Sequence record: NC_070874.1
From: Escherichia phage vB_EcoP-ZQ2
Length of the DNA stretch: 64,000 nucleotides
Strand: one strand, 5' to 3'
Shown here: positions 34,071 through 43,310 of the stretch, piece after piece
Numbering within the stretch: the stretch's first letter is position 1
Layout of the letters: every line of letters starts with the position of its first letter
Notes under the pieces: generated by a model
What the model was told of the DNA's origin: nothing
What the model saw: only the letters and a program-made list of their open reading frames with translations
Databases searched by the model: none
Translations under genes and position numbers: made by a program

Positions 34071-34101
34071 AAGCCCTCACTAGGAGGGCTTGTTTTGTTT
34101 T
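34071..34101. terminator. hairpin terminator (plus-strand orientation: AAGCCCTC-ACTAG-GAGGGCTT plus GTTTTGTTTT)
   Basis: 8-bp stem and T-rich tract on + strand; second terminator about 600 nt downstream of vRNAP. Confidence 0.5.
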
Positions 34102-34175
34102 ACTGGCTTCTAGAGCCTTACTACTTTGTCGGGTAGTTCAGTACCTTTCGGTAAAAACTACCTTACACTTTTGAA

Positions 34176-34556
34176 TCAGATTGTACAACCACCACCATCA
34201 CATGTATTGTTTTCTGCAAATGAAGCCAGAGCCTTAGCAGTCTCTTCTTTCTCATGCAGTGCCTGACGTAGCAGGTAACCCTCTAATTCCCAAATCTTAT
34301 TGAATGCATTTTCATATGCATACTGACGACCCTTCTGCTCATCATAGATAGCCGGGTCTACGCAGGCAGATACACCCTCAACTTTAAAGTTGTTTTCCAG
34401 AATGATTACACAATAGGTTACCAGACCCAGGTTAGCCAAATCATCTGCTGGAAGTGCAGAGGGGTCAACGAATGCAGACTTCACTGCGTCAGCACCATTA
34501 AAATAGTAGACGCTCTTAATCTTAGCTTCAATTGCTTCTTTACTTACTGTTGCCAT
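34176..34556 (-). CDS. hypothetical protein
   Basis: ORF 34176..34568; start moved to second ATG (MATVSK) which has a GAGG Shine-Dalgarno 7 nt upstream. Confidence 0.5.
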   Translation of the reverse strand: MATVSKEAIEAKIKSVYYFNGADAVKSAFVDPSALPADDLANLGLVTYCVIILENNFKVEGVSACVDPAIYDEQKGRQYAYENAFNKIWELEGYLLRQALHEKEETAKALASFAENNTCDGGGCTI

Positions 34557-34611
34557 TATTAACCTCATAGAGTGGTTTGAATTTGTACTTAAACATGATT
34601 GTGCTTATTAG

Positions 34612-34645
34612 TACTCAAATAAAAAAGTCCCTCCGAAGAGGGACT
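34612..34645 (-). terminator. rho-independent terminator (minus strand) closing the tRNA/non-coding region
   Basis: minus strand AGTCCCTC-TTCG-GAGGGACT followed by TTTTTTATTT. Confidence 0.7.
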
Positions 34646-34872
34646 TAGTAGCTTTAACGCAGCTAACGAGGCTAGGCCAGTTAACTATTACCACCGGTGC
34701 TTGTACCAGCAAACAGGATTGATAGTCCGATAATAGATAACTGTATTTGAGCATTATAGTCTACTCATACTCACACCGATAGGTATGTTTTCAATAGCTA
34801 GAGTGCCGGACTGTCTCACCGGCATTGTCTTTAGAGTGCAATGCAATCAGGACTATGTTCTCTATTAATGAG

Positions 34873-34946
34873 TACCCACTACTGGATTTGAACCAGTGAC
34901 TTTCCAATTATTAGTTGGTTGCTTTCCCCGTCTAAGCTAAGTGGGC
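34873..34946 (-). tRNA. tRNA, 74 nt, anticodon read as AAU (Ile-type, atypical A34)
   Basis: hand-folded cloverleaf: acceptor GCCCACT/AGTGGGT (one G-U), D-stem GCTT/AAGC, anticodon stem CCAA/TTGG with loop CTAATAA, T-stem ACTGG/CCAGT with loop TTCAAAT, discriminator A. Confidence 0.6.
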
Positions 34947-36031
34947 ATAATGGGTGAGTCATGCCAGACTTTAACTGGCTCCTTCTTCGCAATCCTTACA
35001 TACCCCTACATAATTATTGCGTTAAGCTTTTTTGTTTAAGTTTAAGTGAAGGCGTTCTTGCTGACTCATAATAGGGTGGGCGTTTGACGAATGACTAGTT
35101 CGTTACTACCCATTTGCCATAAGTACCTGGCGACTTCGGATAACGGGGGATGGAATCGAACCACCAGTATTAAGTCTTATTCGTGCACCAAGCACGCTAG
35201 TAGATTACTCTACCGGAGGGAATCGAACCCCATCTACTTCACCAGACCCGTCATAATTCTTACAATTCAAAGTAGCACTGCTCCATGTTTGGCCTTTGAA
35301 CTCCGGGATGGATTAGTACAATGCTACTTTGAATTAATTGCCAGGGATTCCACCTGGCTCCATCTGTTTTTATAGTCACTCAGATATCGTCTGGACTTTG
35401 ATAGCACAACCTATCAAAGAGTACACTAAGCACAGGTAGCTATCCTGCCGTCTTCTCCACCTACACCGGCTACAGTGTAGACCTCCGCACGTTAGCTTAA
35501 TGTACTCATTGATAGGATGTCATAATAGGGGAGGGAGGACGAGTCCCTCTTTACCCTATGATTTAGTTTACATGTAAGACCTAACATTTCAATGCTGGAT
35601 GAATAGCGTAATGAACTATCCGACATTAATGATTAATGTTGTGCTCAGCATGAGCGTTAGTTTGATAAGGGATCTGAAGCCTTACCCCAAAGATACTAAC
35701 CTTTGGGGTATAGCCTAAGATTCAGAAATGGCCCCCCATATAGAGAGAGGCCATTGATTAACCCGAATGTTGCTTTACATTTTCTGTGATAACCCATTCT
35801 TAAAATAGTCTGACTGACGGATGGGGGGCCACCCCTAGCGTCAGTGCCATACGGCAAAGATTAAGTTAAGAAAGGTTATGATAGGAGTTCCTATCTCAAA
35901 GGATTCTAACAGAACCCTTCACGATATTAACTACTCACTGTGAAATTCTTTGTTTCCTTCAACAGGTTCTACACCCAAGAAAAAGCTAACTTTTCACTTA
36001 GTTTAGATTGAACCAACGGACTGGGGAGAGT

Positions 36032-36529
36032 TTATCTCCCATGGCGTAAGGTGTAGTTGTGATTCTTTACCAGGTCTGCTTCTATAGTAGCCCGGTATGC
36101 TATAGCAGCATCTTTGGCTTCGCTATCCCCAAGAACACCAATGTTGAAGCTTTTAGTTCGTAGCTTACCTGTATGCGGATCATTCCAAGCAGCAGTCCAA
36201 TATTCGTTGGTCTTCTTCCATTGTCTATACACACCGGTAGTGCCTGATGTATTGTCACTTCTTTTGCGACGATTGCGACAGTTAATCATATGGGACACTA
36301 GTCTCATATTAATAAGTCGACAATCGGTTGGGATTCCATTGATGTGGTCAACTTCATACCCATCCGGGATTGGTCCATTATAGTATTCCCAAATCCAGTT
36401 GTGCAGAAATACCCTCACCCCATGACGTTTAATACGGATGTACCCATCCTTTGCATTGGCATCATCGGGAGAATGTACTACAGCGAGTTCATGGGCAGGT
36501 TTATTCCAGTATCCTAATGGCTTGCTCAT
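36032..36529 (-). CDS. HNH homing endonuclease (HNH plus AP2-like DNA-binding region)
   Basis: ...YEVDHINGIPTDCRLINMRLVSHMIN...TSGTTGVYRQ... typical free-standing phage HNH. Confidence 0.75.
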   Translation of the reverse strand: MSKPLGYWNKPAHELAVVHSPDDANAKDGYIRIKRHGVRVFLHNWIWEYYNGPIPDGYEVDHINGIPTDCRLINMRLVSHMINCRNRRKRSDNTSGTTGVYRQWKKTNEYWTAAWNDPHTGKLRTKSFNIGVLGDSEAKDAAIAYRATIEADLVKNHNYTLRHGR

Positions 36530-36760
36530 AAATACCTCAGATGAACCAGAGAGCTTCGGAGAGTATTAAAACTCTCTGGTTCGGTTGTTGTTACTCTGGC
36601 GGCTTGTCACCACCGTTTTTATCACTGAGTTTCCAAAGTATAAGCACAGTGATGATAAATGCTATGTATGGAGCCGACACGTCCAGAATCCTGATAAGCA
36701 ATAGCATCAGAATTACGAACACTACCACAAATAGCAGCAGCTTCTGAGCCACCTACCAGA

Positions 36761-37207
36761 TTAACTACGTTTAAGGCCAGCGAACAGTGAAGGCTTAGTA
36801 GCAGGTTTCTCTGCCGGTTCTTCAGCCTTAACCTCTTCCTGCACAGCTTCTTCTTGTGCTTCTGGTTCAGTTACTGCTTCTTCTTCAGGTTCCGGCGTAG
36901 AACTCTCGTTCGGACCACCAGTAGAGGTCTGGGTTTCTTCTACCTTTACATCTTCAACAGCTTCTTCCGGCTCTGGTTCTACCGGGCGGTGTTTAGCTTC
37001 TTGTGGGTTCTTACGAGAACGGCGAGTTTTCTTCTCTACTCCCACGGGTGGAGTATCATCGTTATGACTTACCTCTTCATTGATACCAATAGAGGCTGTG
37101 CCATCTGCATTTACAACAATGCTGGCCTCCCCTGGATAATTAACTTGTTCATCTACATACGCCTGGATAGCTGCTTCTACTTCAGCTTGGTTCAAAGTGA
37201 TTTGCAT
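36761..37207 (-). CDS. acidic low-complexity protein (E/P/A-rich C-terminal half)
   Basis: 148 aa; ...PEPEEEAVTEPEAQEEAVQEEVKAEEPAEKPATK... Confidence 0.5.
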   Translation of the reverse strand: MQITLNQAEVEAAIQAYVDEQVNYPGEASIVVNADGTASIGINEEVSHNDDTPPVGVEKKTRRSRKNPQEAKHRPVEPEPEEAVEDVKVEETQTSTGGPNESSTPEPEEEAVTEPEAQEEAVQEEVKAEEPAEKPATKPSLFAGLKRS

Positions 37208-37208
37208 A

Positions 37209-37763
37209 TTACGCCTTTAATAACTTAATAAGGTTCTGGAAAGCTGGGAGATTTACACCAGCATGGATTGCACCGATTGCATCAGCTAAGTGCTCATTCT
37301 TATTCAAAAGTTTACCCTTCTTATCTGTGAGCCAGTTGGCTTCAGGATAGATGGCATGAGCAGCACGAATCATCGTGTCCTTAGATGCAGTTTTATCACC
37401 GACCAGTGCAAGTTTGTTTTCAATTGGGGATACTTCAAAGATTGGACAACCCAATGCTCGAAATGCACCGATTAATCCTACGCATACACCATAGGATTTC
37501 ATACCGTTAGCAGACTGAGAGCCTACTGGTACTTCTACGAATACTGCTTTAGCAGACCGTAACCATTCCTCACAACCAAGAAACAAATCGTGAGCGGCTT
37601 GTATATCTTTGGAGTTGGTTCGAACTTGTTTGTTGTGGTCAACTTCAGTTTGAACCAGTTTAAGTTCGACCTGCTCGAAGACGCCGGACTCAATGTCCAG
37701 CATCCCACGAGCTAAACCCCAATTGCGGAGACTAATGTCTGCACCAACAATTGGGATTTTCAT
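37209..37763 (-). CDS. RuvC-like (RNase H fold) nuclease / putative Holliday junction resolvase
   Basis: IVGADIS N-terminal motif, VFVEVP, C-terminal EHLADAIGAIHAG resembling the RuvC catalytic Asp motif. Confidence 0.5.
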   Translation of the reverse strand: MKIPIVGADISLRNWGLARGMLDIESGVFEQVELKLVQTEVDHNKQVRTNSKDIQAAHDLFLGCEEWLRSAKAVFVEVPVGSQSANGMKSYGVCVGLIGAFRALGCPIFEVSPIENKLALVGDKTASKDTMIRAAHAIYPEANWLTDKKGKLLNKNEHLADAIGAIHAGVNLPAFQNLIKLLKA

Positions 37764-38557
37764 TAACGTTTGCCGAACAGTGATTTACCACCAGCAGGAG
37801 TAGTACCAGTACCTGCACCAGGTTTAGGAGGCAAGCCGCCTTTACCATTACCACCAGCAGAACTCTTAGTCTTGTCACGAGTTTTGCCTTTGTTCTTCTC
37901 CAGCCATGCTGCATAGAATACAGCCAGTTCTGGGGTCAGTTCTTTCTCAGCCTTCTCTGCTTCCTGAGCCTCGACGACTGTGACCAGCAGTTCCGGGTGA
38001 AACACTTTCTGAATCTCGTTTACTTCACGAGTTTCACCGGAGTCAACATAACCGTTGTCGCCTTTAACCTGCTTGGATTCCAGAACTTTTTCCAGAGCGA
38101 AGGTAACAGTCTGACCAACCAGTTCAACTGGAACCATGACGGATTTATTAACTTCTGCTTTAGCGTCGTAGTCGTAGACTTTAACAATCTTCTCTTCGAA
38201 GTCTGCTTCAGGCAGTTCAGTACCAGTAGCCATCAGCATCATGTCATTAATGACGGTATAACCAGGCAGGAAGTATTCTTTACCATTCTTCTCGTAAGTC
38301 GGCTTGTTGCCTTTAGCATTACCAGAAGTGAAGTACACCTGAGCACGAAACTCACCAGCAGGTACGCCATCAGAGTTCTTCAGGTCTTCAATAATTAACT
38401 GCATCCAGTCTGCACCAGAGTCAGCTTTGCCTACGTAAGCTACTTTTACAGTACCGGTGTAGATATCGGATTCTTTCACACCGAAGCCACCACCCAGGGA
38501 GTCTTTAGCAGCTTCAACGTTTTTGGTTTTTTCTTTCAGATTACTGAACAATGACAT
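37763..38557 (-). CDS. single-stranded DNA-binding protein-like (N4 gp45-like position), Gly-rich C-terminal tail
   Basis: 264 aa; position in replication module; C-terminal GGNGKGGLPPKPGAGTGTTPAGG tail; codon usage of an abundant protein. Confidence 0.45.
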   Translation of the reverse strand: MSLFSNLKEKTKNVEAAKDSLGGGFGVKESDIYTGTVKVAYVGKADSGADWMQLIIEDLKNSDGVPAGEFRAQVYFTSGNAKGNKPTYEKNGKEYFLPGYTVINDMMLMATGTELPEADFEEKIVKVYDYDAKAEVNKSVMVPVELVGQTVTFALEKVLESKQVKGDNGYVDSGETREVNEIQKVFHPELLVTVVEAQEAEKAEKELTPELAVFYAAWLEKNKGKTRDKTKSSAGGNGKGGLPPKPGAGTGTTPAGGKSLFGKR

Positions 38558-38596
38558 ATGATTTTCCTAATAAGTGATTAACAACCAGGCAAACGC

Positions 38597-39349
38597 TTAA
38601 GCGTAGTATTCAGCCAGATGGTCTAAGAGTTTCTGGGCATCGTTATCAATGTAAGTCTCGGACTTATCAAACATACCCATTGGGGAACGAAGTCGTTTAC
38701 CAACCGACTTCTTAGTTGGACGGGTTTGGAATACGTGCTTATATCCTAAGTCACGTTCTTCTTCCGTAATTTCAAGCATCTTGTTTCCATACTTCTCCAG
38801 TTCTTTAATGTCTACACGCTCTGCATAAACCACTGTAGAGAAGTAGGCTTCAAGCCCGTTATTTTTAAGAGAACCTTTTACTGGGATGAATGTTTTCATC
38901 ACACCGGCAGCTTCATCAAGTTCGTCTTTAGCATGAGCAGTAATGATTACTGGCTTACCAAACTTAACGACTTTCTGTTGCAGCAGTATCTTAAAGAACT
39001 GTGCAAAATCCCCCCATGCTTTCTGCGTGTTTGCAGAAGGCAATACGTACTGGGATTCCAGCATATCCATCATGAAGGTTGCTGAGTCAATGATGATACC
39101 ATCAACATCATCTGCCATTTCTCCACCAGGAGATGCAACATCAAATGCTTCCCAGATTTGATACGGGTCTTCAATGTTGTAGGTATTGAACTTGTTACGG
39201 AAAGGCAGACGCTTACCTGCTTCAGTATTCAGATAGAGCCAGCGTTCCTGGTTCCTGATGTTACGCAGTGATGCTGATTTACCACTCGCTGAGAATCCTG
39301 CAATCAGGATTAGCTGAGTGTTAATATCATTGGGAATTACTTCGGACAT
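38597..39349 (-). CDS. P-loop ATPase (RecA/Sak4-like family candidate)
   Basis: Walker A GFSASGKSAS near N-terminus; 250 aa. Confidence 0.5.
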   Translation of the reverse strand: MSEVIPNDINTQLILIAGFSASGKSASLRNIRNQERWLYLNTEAGKRLPFRNKFNTYNIEDPYQIWEAFDVASPGGEMADDVDGIIIDSATFMMDMLESQYVLPSANTQKAWGDFAQFFKILLQQKVVKFGKPVIITAHAKDELDEAAGVMKTFIPVKGSLKNNGLEAYFSTVVYAERVDIKELEKYGNKMLEITEEERDLGYKHVFQTRPTKKSVGKRLRSPMGMFDKSETYIDNDAQKLLDHLAEYYA

Positions 39350-39405
39350 TATTTTTCCTCATTTAATTTAGGAGTCCTTCAAACCAAAGAAAGACTCCTG
39401 TTTGC

Positions 39406-41559
39406 TTACTTGCCAGCGAAGCGTTTAGCCACGGTGACCATTACGGTTGCATTCAATTCATCATCTGGTAATGGATTAGCCAGTTTCTTATTGAATGAGT
39501 GGACGGCTTGCTGTACTTGGGCAAAGTCCCAACCACTGTCAACCAATGCCAGTGCGTACTTAATCATTTGATTATTACGATTACCGGTAGCAATACGACT
39601 AGCGAACCAACGCTCCAGATTATCCAACGACTGTACTTCCTTCATCTGGTTCCGGAACTGCTCGTTCTTACTAGTACGAGGAATAAAGTCACGCACGTCC
39701 AACAGATTTGCTTCAAGATTGTAATGATAGGAACCAGTCTCACAGGACATCCATTTCTTGGCTCGTTGGTTAGCAGATTCATCCGTTTCGAACGGTAGCC
39801 AAGACATAACGTTATTCATGAACTCTTTGTATTCCTCGGTGTCGAGGTGTAACTCATAGTTCATTGGAATAATCAGTCGGAATCGGTTCTCTTCATCAGA
39901 ATGACGCTTAGTGGTATAGGTCATGAACTTATATTCCTTCATCAGTTCATGGCACGTATGCAGTGGTACTCCACCATCACAGTCAATAACAATCATGTTA
40001 AATCCTGGAATAACGTTCTCTTCGGAACGATGGCCATTTTTCATGTGATGGTTTACCCAGTGCATACCGGGAGCTTGGGTTAATACATGCAACTGGTCGA
40101 ACGGTACACGTTCACCAATGTAGTCATAAGCAAAGCTATCACTATATGCCACTATCATCTCATTGATGTCAGTCTCTTTCAGAGTTTCCCCACGGAAGAA
40201 CTCAATACCTTCATTGAAGGTTTTCTTAATGATGATGTGCTGTTTGTAACCCCATGCTGTAGCAAGGGTCATCATCTCATTACGGGCTGCATTACCACTC
40301 TTATAGAACGGCAATGACTCCAACAAATCAGCATGAGTCACTTCTTTACCTACAGAGGCAATGTACTTAGCCAGCTTCACATAGGCTTTCTCACGATTGA
40401 GAATACCCTGGAATGCTGCCCCGGATTCCTCTACAAGCAGGATTGCTTGTTTAAGGTGAGACATCTCAATGAATGAACTCTGGTCAACAAATGCCAGTGC
40501 CCCAGCCAGTTTAAGTGCTTTGAAGTAACGGTGTTTTATTTCATTTTTACGGATTTCTTCATGGTCTGACATAGCTGCTGCTTGTTTATCACAGTCAACT
40601 TTATAGGCCATTGCTGCAATGCCTACATCGTCTTCTACAACCATCCTATAACCGAATAAGTTTGGGTCAGCTAAATCATGAAATTTATTTGCCCATTTAC
40701 TAACAGTAATATTGTTATCCGTTTTAATGAGATTTCTGTAAATTTCTTCTGGAGTCATACTCACAAAAGCTTGTTGGTCTACTTGACCAATTGCAAATAA
40801 GCAACGGCGAGCATAACCAGTATCCAGAAAATCATAGAATTGGTCTTCGATTTGACCACCATCTAACAGCTTACTTGGTGTACCAAAAAGTAGCAGATTA
40901 GTAGGAGTCTTACCGTCCAGTTCTTCCCCTCGCTGGCTCTCGGCAGTGTTCTTGGTCAGCTTCTGTTTAACCTTACCCTGGTCATATAATTCCAGGAACA
41001 GAGTTAATACGTCTGTGTTGGCCAACAGGTTTGAACCAATTTCATCAATCTGAAGGTTGATTGAACCACACCCAGCCATTAACAACTTGTGACGTAATTG
41101 TTTAACTGCTGGTGGAGTACCAGAGTCAAACGTAAACGGATATGCCCCAGCACGTTTATATTCTGCTTCAACTTTATCAAACTCATCATTCTGGTCTGTA
41201 CCCTGACGAGCAGCACGTTCGTTGGCAATCTTCCATAGGCGGTCATTTGCAATGACGGGCATGGTGTCTTCCATAAAACGTTTACGGAATCCAGACATAA
41301 ACCCGTCTTCAATGATATTTACTGAGTGACCTTTACCGAAACCAGATGTAGCCAACGCAATAGCGTAGATGTTTACCGGCAGGTCACCACGGTCTTTAGT
41401 TACAATGGTTGCACCCATGCAGGATGCCATTTTAGCCAAGAAGTAGGCTACTTCGACACGGAAAAATCCCCGGTCATTATTCTGGGTTTTATTGCAGAGC
41501 ACATCTACGATTTCTTCAATCGCCGGATGGTGACTGATGCCAGTAAGGTCGATACTCAT
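39406..41559 (-). CDS. putative DNA primase (N4 gp43-like position)
   Basis: 717 aa in replication module between SSB/ATPase and DNA polymerase; functional call by synteny and size. Confidence 0.45.
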   Translation of the reverse strand: MSIDLTGISHHPAIEEIVDVLCNKTQNNDRGFFRVEVAYFLAKMASCMGATIVTKDRGDLPVNIYAIALATSGFGKGHSVNIIEDGFMSGFRKRFMEDTMPVIANDRLWKIANERAARQGTDQNDEFDKVEAEYKRAGAYPFTFDSGTPPAVKQLRHKLLMAGCGSINLQIDEIGSNLLANTDVLTLFLELYDQGKVKQKLTKNTAESQRGEELDGKTPTNLLLFGTPSKLLDGGQIEDQFYDFLDTGYARRCLFAIGQVDQQAFVSMTPEEIYRNLIKTDNNITVSKWANKFHDLADPNLFGYRMVVEDDVGIAAMAYKVDCDKQAAAMSDHEEIRKNEIKHRYFKALKLAGALAFVDQSSFIEMSHLKQAILLVEESGAAFQGILNREKAYVKLAKYIASVGKEVTHADLLESLPFYKSGNAARNEMMTLATAWGYKQHIIIKKTFNEGIEFFRGETLKETDINEMIVAYSDSFAYDYIGERVPFDQLHVLTQAPGMHWVNHHMKNGHRSEENVIPGFNMIVIDCDGGVPLHTCHELMKEYKFMTYTTKRHSDEENRFRLIIPMNYELHLDTEEYKEFMNNVMSWLPFETDESANQRAKKWMSCETGSYHYNLEANLLDVRDFIPRTSKNEQFRNQMKEVQSLDNLERWFASRIATGNRNNQMIKYALALVDSGWDFAQVQQAVHSFNKKLANPLPDDELNATVMVTVAKRFAGK

Positions 41560-42071
41560 TTGATTAATCCTACGCTCTTATTAGTGACGGCATATTCTCC
41601 GAAGTATTTTACGGCAGCTAAGTCATACGCTTTGGCTGCTTCAATTGCTTCCAGGAATACACCTAAATGAATTGATTTACGGTTTACTTTGATTTTGGCT
41701 AAGTAGTTACCCCTGAACTTAGTAACACCCATAAAACCACTGGTATTGTTTTTATTCAGTCCACGGTTAGCACCATTGGTGCTTTTATCCGCTTCTCTTA
41801 GATTGTCTATCCAGTTGTGGTGACGTATGGTGTCTTTATGGTCTATTAAACCAGTAGGCCACATACCGTACACGTACAACCAAGCTAACCTATGAGCAGC
41901 TTCCCGTTTGGAATCAACTGTTATGTAGAGATAACCGTCACTGTTATTGAGCGACCCAGCAACACTACCGACAGGTGTTCGGTTACTGAGGGAGATGCGG
42001 CGAGTAAATATCCCAGTAAGTGGGTCATAATGCAGCAACTCTTTTAGCCGTTGCTGAGTCAGCTTAATCAT
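41556..42071 (-). CDS. HNH homing endonuclease (free-standing)
   Basis: ...HRLAWLYVYGMWPTGLIDHKDTIRHHNWIDNLRE...TSGFMGVTKF...; start set to the ATG forming an ATGA overlap with the upstream stop; stop also forms ATGA overlap with primase start. Confidence 0.7.
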   Translation of the reverse strand: MIKLTQQRLKELLHYDPLTGIFTRRISLSNRTPVGSVAGSLNNSDGYLYITVDSKREAAHRLAWLYVYGMWPTGLIDHKDTIRHHNWIDNLREADKSTNGANRGLNKNNTSGFMGVTKFRGNYLAKIKVNRKSIHLGVFLEAIEAAKAYDLAAVKYFGEYAVTNKSVGLIK

Positions 42072-43048
42072 GATGGAAAATATCTCTCTCTTTGTTTGCA
42101 AATGGACGCGACAGGGCAGTATAGACAACGCTTAACCTGCCCCTCCACGACCTTGATAGCACCCTTGCCACCTTTTTCAGCCATGAAGATACGAGCAGAT
42201 GCCATATCGTCAAAGTTTTTAGTACTTCTGGCTCCAGGTACATCTACCTTAGAAGCATCAGAGAAGTATTTGAACTGTGGTTCTGTTCGCCACAACTCCT
42301 CGTCAGTACATTCAGGAATTTCCTCTTCAGGTGCATTCCAATACTTCTCAATGAGGTGAATCTTCTCTTCTACCCAACGTTCAGTCTTATCGACAGACAG
42401 CAACGGAATATCCTTATGCATAATACGATTAGCAGGATAGTTCGGATTGCTATTAGCCATATGCTTCATGAAGTCAGTGAAGATGTAGTTAATACGGATT
42501 ACATCCTCGGTAATGATGTCGTTGTGAATCCAACGGTACAAGCTGCCTTGCATCTTGTGTTCATCATCACGGGAACCAGCAACCCAGGAATAGGTTGAGG
42601 TGGACTTAAAGTCTTGCAACAGACCCTCTGTTACGATGTCGAACTTACCACCGATAGTCCAACCCTTAACTACCCTGGTTCCACGCTGTTCAATGTAGAT
42701 TGGGATAAGGTCAGGGTTAGCATCAAAGTCTGCTTTGGTTGGGTTAATGACTACTGCATCAATTACTCGCTGGGAATAACCTAGCTTCTTCAATGCAGTC
42801 TTATGACCCAGCTTCCAGGCTTTCTCGATAGAATCATGTAAACCAGTACCCATTGATGTGGAGACAAAATCCATAACATCAATTGACTGGTCACTGAGGT
42901 CTACACGATGTTTCATGACGATTTGCTTAATAGGCTTAAGCAATGTGGTAACAGACAGGTACTTAGGATTGTCTACGTAATCATACTCATCATGTAGTAG
43001 CCATACAGCCAGAGCCAGTGAGACATCATGATTGTTGGTTATCTTCAT
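42068..43048 (-). CDS. PD-(D/E)xK-family nuclease with C-terminal Cys cluster (Cas4/RecB-like exonuclease)
   Basis: 326 aa; C-terminal ...RCLYCPVASICKQR... cysteine cluster; position next to DNA polymerase. Confidence 0.5.
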   Translation of the reverse strand: MKITNNHDVSLALAVWLLHDEYDYVDNPKYLSVTTLLKPIKQIVMKHRVDLSDQSIDVMDFVSTSMGTGLHDSIEKAWKLGHKTALKKLGYSQRVIDAVVINPTKADFDANPDLIPIYIEQRGTRVVKGWTIGGKFDIVTEGLLQDFKSTSTYSWVAGSRDDEHKMQGSLYRWIHNDIITEDVIRINYIFTDFMKHMANSNPNYPANRIMHKDIPLLSVDKTERWVEEKIHLIEKYWNAPEEEIPECTDEELWRTEPQFKYFSDASKVDVPGARSTKNFDDMASARIFMAEKGGKGAIKVVEGQVKRCLYCPVASICKQRERYFPS

Positions 43049-43310
43049 TGTAAGCCTTTTTCAATATGCGATTGGCATAGTGCACAATCTTCTCTGAGTC
43101 GTACACCGAAGAGTTTCCAGGTTTACCATTACCCATACGGGCAGCAGCATTTCGCCATAGAGCTTTAAAGGCACAACCTTCATCGAAGGTCATGCCCAGT
43201 GCTTGGATAATATCCTCACACTCTGCTTGATATGGCTCTTGCTCTTTCCGCTGGGGATTCTTAATTAGAACTACATAGTAGTTGTTAAGACCACCGGAGA
43301 GCTTAGTCAT
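43026..43310 (-). CDS. hypothetical protein
   Basis: 94-aa ORF, stop/start coupled with neighbours. Confidence 0.4.
   Translation of the reverse strand: MTKLSGGLNNYYVVLIKNPQRKEQEPYQAECEDIIQALGMTFDEGCAFKALWRNAAARMGNGKPGNSSVYDSEKIVHYANRILKKAYNEDNQQS

Noticed and set aside
35141-35235. Two tRNA T-arm-like motifs (GGTGG-TTCGATT-CCATC and TGGGG-TTCGATT-CCCTC on the minus strand) as additional tRNA genes
   Set aside because: No matching acceptor stem, D-arm or 7-nt anticodon loop could be found in any register; kept only as an observation
35091-35375. 94-aa plus-strand ORF inside the tRNA/non-coding region
   Set aside because: Overlaps the tRNA-like elements, has no RBS and atypical composition; most likely a spurious ORF
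39350-39405. Hairpin AGGAGTC...GACTCCT upstream of the P-loop ATPase gene as a terminator
   Set aside because: No U-tract follows on the minus strand; more likely a stabilising or regulatory hairpin
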